A stretch of DNA of 41,588 nucleotides from a virus (Duplodnaviria; Caudoviricetes), in the IMG/VR virus record IMGVR_UViG_3300037790_000127, positions 1 through 41,588 of that record; one strand, given 5' to 3'. Shown here in pieces: positions 37,049-41,588 of this stretch. A model generated the notes under the pieces. That model saw only the letters and a list, made by a program, of their open reading frames with translations. It was not told the origin of the DNA and did not search any database. The position numbers and the translations under genes are program-made. How positions within the stretch are numbered: the first letter of the stretch is position 1; every line of letters starts with the position of its first letter.

Positions 37049-38005
37049 TCAGGTCTTTTTATACCCATGTCGATGTAGAATATACCAAATGAAGGGTGTA
37101 AATAGACATGTTCCAAGGATCGGGCATAAGAGACCCTCGGTTTGGTATATCGTTGAGAACCCAAAGGCCAACCCAATGCCACTAACTACGGAAGGCACCC
37201 AAACTCCGAATATTCGGGCCTCTCGGTTAGCAGCTTCTCTCGCGATTTTACTTTTGTCTATGAAATCATCGTATTCTACATCCATGGCTTTCTGAAGACG
37301 CTCTAATTTCTCTTGAACTTCAGAAGGTTCGTAGGAGAGAGAGAGGGGACCAATGTCTCCAAGTTTTTTTTGTAAGAGGCGTACGTCCTGCGTTGCTTCG
37401 AAGAATGGCTCGTCGATAATATTTCTAAATCCTAATTGCCTTCCAAATTCAGCCCTCCAGCTGTCTAACGCACTCGCTGGTGATCGATCATTCAGTTTGT
37501 CTATCTCACTGCCTAAACGACTAATTTTTTCTTTGATATTATCTATGTTAGAATTGAACTCATTGAAAGCCGACGAGAGCGTGTTTTCGAAATCCTTGAT
37601 GCCATCGAAGGTCTCTCTACGTTTTTCTTCCATATTCTCAATGGCATCCTTTATGGCAGCGACGTCGATGCTATTTAGAGCTTCAATCTTCTCGGTTATC
37701 TTCTCTTTAATCCTGTGGTCGCGCCCTTCGAGTTTTTCGAAGAAAACGTCAAATGATTTGTCAGCGCTGTGCTGGTACATTGGGATAAAGTAAATCAATC
37801 GCCAGGTTAGGTATAGGAGGGCGATTACAACTAATATACCTAGAGATTGTGGCAGAAGGGTATCGTGAGCTAGGTCAGCAAACAGGCCCAAGTTCTTGAG
37901 GCTAGGCTGAAGTTTGAAATGATAAACCGTGATCGACATAAGTGTGAAGAAAATGATTGAACGTCGCGTCTGAGGTAAGCTGTCATCTTGGAAGTTTCTT
38001 ATCAT
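37049..38005 (-). CDS. AT-rich accessory membrane protein with long coiled coil
   Basis: Two N-terminal TMs, a long charged helical region, C-terminal hydrophobic segments; opposite strand. Confidence 0.8.
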   Translation of the reverse strand: MIRNFQDDSLPQTRRSIIFFTLMSITVYHFKLQPSLKNLGLFADLAHDTLLPQSLGILVVIALLYLTWRLIYFIPMYQHSADKSFDVFFEKLEGRDHRIKEKITEKIEALNSIDVAAIKDAIENMEEKRRETFDGIKDFENTLSSAFNEFNSNIDNIKEKISRLGSEIDKLNDRSPASALDSWRAEFGRQLGFRNIIDEPFFEATQDVRLLQKKLGDIGPLSLSYEPSEVQEKLERLQKAMDVEYDDFIDKSKIAREAANREARIFGVWVPSVVSGIGLAFGFSTIYQTEGLLCPILGTCLFTPFIWYILHRHGYKKT

Positions 38006-38154
38006 CTGAGGGACCTGAAGGAAGTTTCTGGAGCAACTGAAATCAGCTTAACAGTGGGATTTTGGAACGATGATGGCCGATTCTTTTGTTCGTTTGGAAT
38101 AGGTTACTCATCGGCGTCACCTATTCCAAACGATAGCCTTGACGCCTGCCAGGT

Positions 38155-38169
38155 GTTCTCTACATGTTC
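38155..38169 (+). promoter_or_regulatory. Alphaproteobacterial LexA (SOS) box
   Basis: GTTC-TCTACAT-GTTC, downstream of TTGACG (38139) and 14 nt before ATG 38184. Confidence 0.8.
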
Positions 38170-38183
38170 TTATTATGTGGATA

Positions 38184-38432
38184 ATGAAGCGAACAGTGAT
38201 AGCCGGAAAATCCCGCCCCGATGATTGGGTGATTTGCTTCAACGGGCATGAGGTGGGCCGGGTGATGCTCGACCGATATCCGAACAACGGTTTCCCGCCA
38301 TGGGAGTGGGCGGCTTGGTGCTATCCAGCCGATCATGGACGTGTTCACTCTATGGAGAAGGCGCGGGAAAATGTGAGGGCAACGGTACTGCGCGCGATCA
38401 AGCTAAAGTCGGAATTGGGCAGGGAGAAATAA
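38184..38432 (+). CDS. Small putative SOS-regulated protein
   Basis: 82-aa ORF with an upstream LexA box and a downstream terminator. Confidence 0.7.
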   Translation: MKRTVIAGKSRPDDWVICFNGHEVGRVMLDRYPNNGFPPWEWAAWCYPADHGRVHSMEKARENVRATVLRAIKLKSELGREK

Positions 38433-38434
38433 AT

Positions 38435-38473
38435 GGCCCCGGTCCACCTGATGCGATCCGGGGCCTATTTTTT
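38435..38473 (+). terminator. Intrinsic terminator
   Basis: GGCCCCGG/CCGGGGCC stem followed by TATTTTTT. Confidence 0.7.
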
Positions 38474-38547
38474 CATAACGAAACTCACTGATAACAATCG
38501 ATATTGACCAGATGCCTAATCGCGGTCGGTCTATTTGGTCGGAATTC

Positions 38548-38829
38548 TCATGTCTGGCCCAATGACGAAAACCACCTATGCCGCGTTAACGCACCTGACT
38601 GATCTAGATTTTGAGTACTAGGTGTAGCCTGCTTTCTCTTTCGCTGCACCATCGAGCCGAAATCTCTGGCCCATCCAAGCACTGCACTGGCTGGACGTCC
38701 CGGTGAGCCGTGAGATCGGCAAACGCGACATCACGCCTTTCGGAAGATTGCATGGTGGTTGTCGTGCAGTTCGGTCTCGATTTTTCCGGTGCGACCGCAC
38801 TCGCACCAGATGTGAAGATTAAGAGGCAT
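38548..38829 (-). pseudogene. Zinc-ribbon gene interrupted by an in-frame TGA (3' end uncertain)
   Basis: MPLNLHIWCECGRTGKIETELHDNHHAIFRKA*CRVCRSH; GAGGAG RBS; stop at 38731-38733 lies between the Cys pairs. Confidence 0.6.
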
Positions 38830-38850
38830 TGGTACGCTCCTCTGGGCAGG

Positions 38851-38865
38851 GAACGTAACTAGAAC
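38851..38865 (-). promoter_or_regulatory. Second LexA (SOS) box
   Basis: GAAC-GTAACTA-GAAC on + (GTTC-N7-GTTC on -), 21 nt upstream of ATG 38829. Confidence 0.75.
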
Positions 38866-38931
38866 CTAGTGGTCGCGGAGAGGGTACAGGAGATCTCATC
38901 CACGACGTATTTTTCGCGCCGATAAGCTGCC

Positions 38932-39174
38932 TCAATCGGCCTCAAAACCACCGATTTGTTCACCTTCTGAAAAATCAAAATAGACCGTTCCAAGTTTCTT
39001 GCCTGACCGCATTTGTAGATCGTGGAAACCGTCTTTGTATTCATCGCGCTCCAATTTGTCCGCAATACTTCTCAGTGCATCCGCAACCCAGCCCGCGGCA
39101 ACTTTCTGGGTCGGTCCGGCACCTTCAATTTCCACGTCGCACCGGATGTACTGGGTCATCTCGAATTCAGTCAT
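38932..39174 (-). CDS. Hypothetical acidic protein
   Basis: 80 aa, GAGGAG RBS. Confidence 0.7.
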   Translation of the reverse strand: MTEFEMTQYIRCDVEIEGAGPTQKVAAGWVADALRSIADKLERDEYKDGFHDLQMRSGKKLGTVYFDFSEGEQIGGFEAD

Positions 39175-39273
39175 GCTTCAACTCCTCTATTGGGTTAATC
39201 GTAGGATCATAGGGCGCGGCGCGATACGACAACTCGGCCTCGATGGAGATCTTTTTCGACCATTACGTGCTCC

Positions 39274-39474
39274 CTAGTTGGAACCTTCGACTGAGAAAAA
39301 CAGCCAGAGGATTATGATCGATGCAATGGGCGACCAAGCGAAAGAAAGAAGCCACCATGGCCACGGGTTATGTCCTCGGTCACGCGCCATTTCGCCAACC
39401 AGAGAAAAGAGCGCCCAGACAATCACGACCATCAGGGCCAAGACAAACAATGGTAAAATTCCATCGATCAGCAT
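39274..39474 (-). CDS. Small membrane protein
   Basis: Two hydrophobic segments around MARDRGHNPWPWWLL; GGGAG RBS. Confidence 0.7.
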   Translation of the reverse strand: MLIDGILPLFVLALMVVIVWALFSLVGEMARDRGHNPWPWWLLSFAWSPIASIIILWLFFSVEGSN

Positions 39475-39585
39475 TCAATATCTCCCGTTTACGAATCCTC
39501 ACCATCATCGATGGCATTTATATCGCTACCAGCCCAGTGCATAAGTCGTAGGCGGGCGTCTTGGCTTTTCGCCGCGCTGTGTTGG

Positions 39586-39781
39586 GCGTGGGACACCTTG
39601 AATGTAACCTATTGATTTTTATAGGTGTCAAAAGTGCGCGCGTGGGACACCTTCTTGTTGAAATTAAACGATTATTTCAAATATCCGTAGCTCGCTACCC
39701 GCTCCAAATACTCCCTCAAGTGCTAGTAATATCAGCCTCTTAATCGGGGGCTTGTCCCACGTTCAAAAGCCCCGTGGGACA
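39586..39781. repeat. Integrase arm-type site repeats flanking the att core
   Basis: GCGTGGGACACCTT at 39586 and 39640; inverted TGTCCCACG at 39753; CGTGGGACA at 39773. Confidence 0.7.
39693..39706 (+). other. att core: duplicated 3' end of a tRNA (probably tRNA-Gly)
   Basis: CGCTACCCGCTCCA matches the acceptor-stem/CCA end of tRNA-Gly as recalled; no 5' tRNA half upstream; flanked by arm repeats. Confidence 0.75.
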
Positions 39782-39787
39782 GATCTT

Positions 39788-39889
39788 TCAATCCAACCCC
39801 TCCAATTTGGCCATGGCATCCTTTGCCAGACGCCACCGTTCCACGCCTATTGTGTAGACCTCCGAGGTCTTGGCCTGCGTGAGGCCGTG
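39788..39889 (-). pseudogene. Relic C-terminus of a related integrase
   Basis: Translates HGLTQAKTSEVYTIGVERWRLAKDAMAKLEGLD*, 24/33 identical to the C-terminus of the integrase at 1-1065; similarity decays upstream. Confidence 0.9.
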
Positions 39890-40248
39890 GCTGGTCTGTT
39901 ATGCAGCGAGCGGATGTGTTTGACGTGATGGCTGGTAGATTGAGATGACGCTCGCTTGTGGCCAAGGAACACGCCAAGCAATCTCATCGGTGGGAGGTCG
40001 CACGCTCGCGCCATGCGGTGAACGCGAATCTCAGGGCAAGTCTGCCATGACAACACGCTGCCGAACTTCGGGACGGGGAGCTGCAATGTCTTGCAAGCGC
40101 CTGTGGCGAGGGGGGGCTCACTACAGGTGCTCCAAGCGAGTGCGGAGCGATCACCTTGTTCAAGGTGGGGCCACTCAACGCATTTGCTTGGAGGGATTTG
40201 CACGTTGCACATACTCTCACAGTGCAAGGAAGCAATAGAGGGAGCGGA

Positions 40249-40464
40249 TCACTCCCCCGTTTTTTGAACACTCTTTTTCCGAAACGCTCTGAGACGTGCT
40301 GTCTTTTCTGCGTTTGCTTTGGCTTCCTCGTCTTGCAGTCGCTTGACGATTTGAGTTGTTCGATCAGCCGAGGACAATGCACCCGCAGTTTTTGATTTCG
40401 CTGCTGATACAGATAGATACCCGAAGATATCCGCGCTGTCTTTGTTTGCTGGGGCGTCGGTCAT
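40249..40464 (-). CDS. Small basic hypothetical protein downstream of csp
   Basis: Start MTDAP behind GGAGAAGG; EKTARLR motif. Confidence 0.65.
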   Translation of the reverse strand: MTDAPANKDSADIFGYLSVSAAKSKTAGALSSADRTTQIVKRLQDEEAKANAEKTARLRAFRKKSVQKTGE

Positions 40465-40489
40465 CTGTCCTTCTCCCCAGCAATGGCTA

Positions 40490-40696
40490 TCAAGCGAGTG
40501 CCAGATTGTTGGCTGACGTGCGACCGTCACGACCGGTTTCGAGGTCGTAGGTCACTTTCTGACCGTCATCGATGCGGTTAATCCCAGCGCGTTCAACTGC
40601 GGACACGTGCAGGAACACGTCCTGAGTGCCATCTTCAGGCTGAATGAAGCCGAAGCCCTTGGTAGAGTTGAACCATTTCACGGTGCCATTGGCCAT
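40490..40696 (-). CDS. cspA: Cold-shock protein (CspA family)
   Basis: GTVKWFN, RNP1 KGFGFI and RNP2 DVFLH; 68 aa. Confidence 0.95.
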   Translation of the reverse strand: MANGTVKWFNSTKGFGFIQPEDGTQDVFLHVSAVERAGINRIDDGQKVTYDLETGRDGRTSANNLALA

Positions 40697-40955
40697 ATCC
40701 GTAATCTCCTAAAAAATCTGTCCGCGGAATTGCGACAGGTCGACAAAAGCCGATCCAAGTCGACCAACCGATACCGTTTTCACGGGAGCAGAAATTCGAA
40801 GAGAAGAAACGTTAGCCCGTCGCAGATGGTCGTTTTGTCGCGACAATGCAAGGATTCTTTTCATGGTCGGGCGGCGGAGCATCCGTCACCGAGACGGCAG
40901 AGGCGAGGGGCTTGCGAGAGAAACACGACTGAATAGCCCCCGGTCGGTTCATTGC

Positions 40956-41588
40956 TCAGCCCGCGTTGCGAATGCCCTCATCCCGCATCTGAGGCAGTCC
41001 TTCCGGAGTGCGGCTGCGTACCTTCAGGTGGTAGGCTTGGCAGATCTCTCCTGCCGCGTCAAAGCGAGGACCGGCTGGCGTCAGATCGAGGCCAGAGCGC
41101 TGGGTCAACAGCGCGGATGTCACGGAGGTCAGGCAGAGAAAAGCGTTGATGCGCCATTTCTGTGAGAGCTGCGCAAAGCTGCGCCCCATGGCGTGGCGTA
41201 CAAGCATGCGCTCACGGCTCTTCAGGCGGTCGGAGACAAAGACCCGGCTGACCTCCCAGATATGGGGATCTTGCGGTGCCTCTGTGTCGAGCACATCCCG
41301 CGGTAGATCTGGCAGCAGGCCACGCTGTGCGTCGCGCAGCATGTAGGTGGAGTTCATGCATCGCGCAGTGGTTGGTGTTATGCGAAAGCCACCTTGCACC
41401 GAGGCCTCATCATGGATGGCGCAATAGACGCTTTCCGGTGTGTCGTATTGGTCGAATTCCAGACCTCGCACATTCGGCATCGGCCAGCCGCGCACCATAA
41501 TGAAATGGTGATAGCGCGCGCGCAGAAGGGCAGTGAACAAGTCGCCAGTTTCGCCCAAGTTATCAAAAGTGATTTCAGTTGACTGCAT
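40956..41588 (-). CDS. Acyl-homoserine-lactone synthase (LuxI family)
   Basis: R..R...F.....W, EFDQYD, GGFRITPT, TYML and WEVSRVFV signature residues present. Confidence 0.9.
   Translation of the reverse strand: MQSTEITFDNLGETGDLFTALLRARYHHFIMVRGWPMPNVRGLEFDQYDTPESVYCAIHDEASVQGGFRITPTTARCMNSTYMLRDAQRGLLPDLPRDVLDTEAPQDPHIWEVSRVFVSDRLKSRERMLVRHAMGRSFAQLSQKWRINAFLCLTSVTSALLTQRSGLDLTPAGPRFDAAGEICQAYHLKVRSRTPEGLPQMRDEGIRNAG

Larger units (their letters stand above)
1..39706. mobile_element. Integrated temperate prophage (siphovirus-like, HK97-type head, GTA-like tail); left att lies outside the window
   Basis: Complete ordered set of integrase, repressor/cro, replication, terminase, portal, capsid, tail and lysis genes, ending in a tRNA-3'-end att core at 39693-39706. 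Confidence 0.95.

Noticed and set aside
39640-39706. Complete tRNA gene
   Set aside because: Only the last ~14 nt match; the upstream sequence is AT-rich with no T-loop, anticodon arm or 5' acceptor strand
40956-41588. LuxI as cargo of the intact prophage
   Set aside because: Lies outside the att core at 39693-39706

Overview
Almost the whole window (1 to ~39706) is one apparently complete temperate siphovirus-type prophage. The host is probably an alphaproteobacterium of the Rhodobacteraceae/Roseobacter group (inferred from GTA-like tail genes and alphaproteobacterial GTTC-N7-GTTC LexA boxes). Gene order is: tyrosine integrase and Xis-like gene, a leftward early operon with a large ParB-like gene, the immunity region, a rightward early/replication operon (ParB-like, degenerate primase-like, helicase, iteron origin), a NusG-paralogue late regulator, HK97-type head, tail, lysis cassette, distal accessory genes, and an att core matching a tRNA-Gly 3' end at 39693-39706. 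Beyond att lie a relic of a related integrase, a cold-shock gene pair and a LuxI-family AHL synthase. The most interesting part is the immunity region. Between two clusters of a shared operator (TTTGGCA-N3-GCCAAA, OL/OR-like) sits a module made of a GNAT-fold enzyme, a convergent XRE-HTH regulator with a PAS-like C-terminal domain and its own operator pair, and a divergent 65-aa small ORF that overlaps the repressor gene antisense and resembles an XRE oligomerisation helix. The repressor has no S24 autocleavage domain. This suggests a phage-encoded signal synthase / sensor / antirepressor switch, which is inference and untested. Two LexA-box-preceded small genes at the far end could provide a separate SOS route. 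Other oddities are a holin-like/signal-peptide/lysozyme fusion, a fused tail chaperone, and several structured intergenic regions. All functional calls come from reading motifs by eye; no database search was run.
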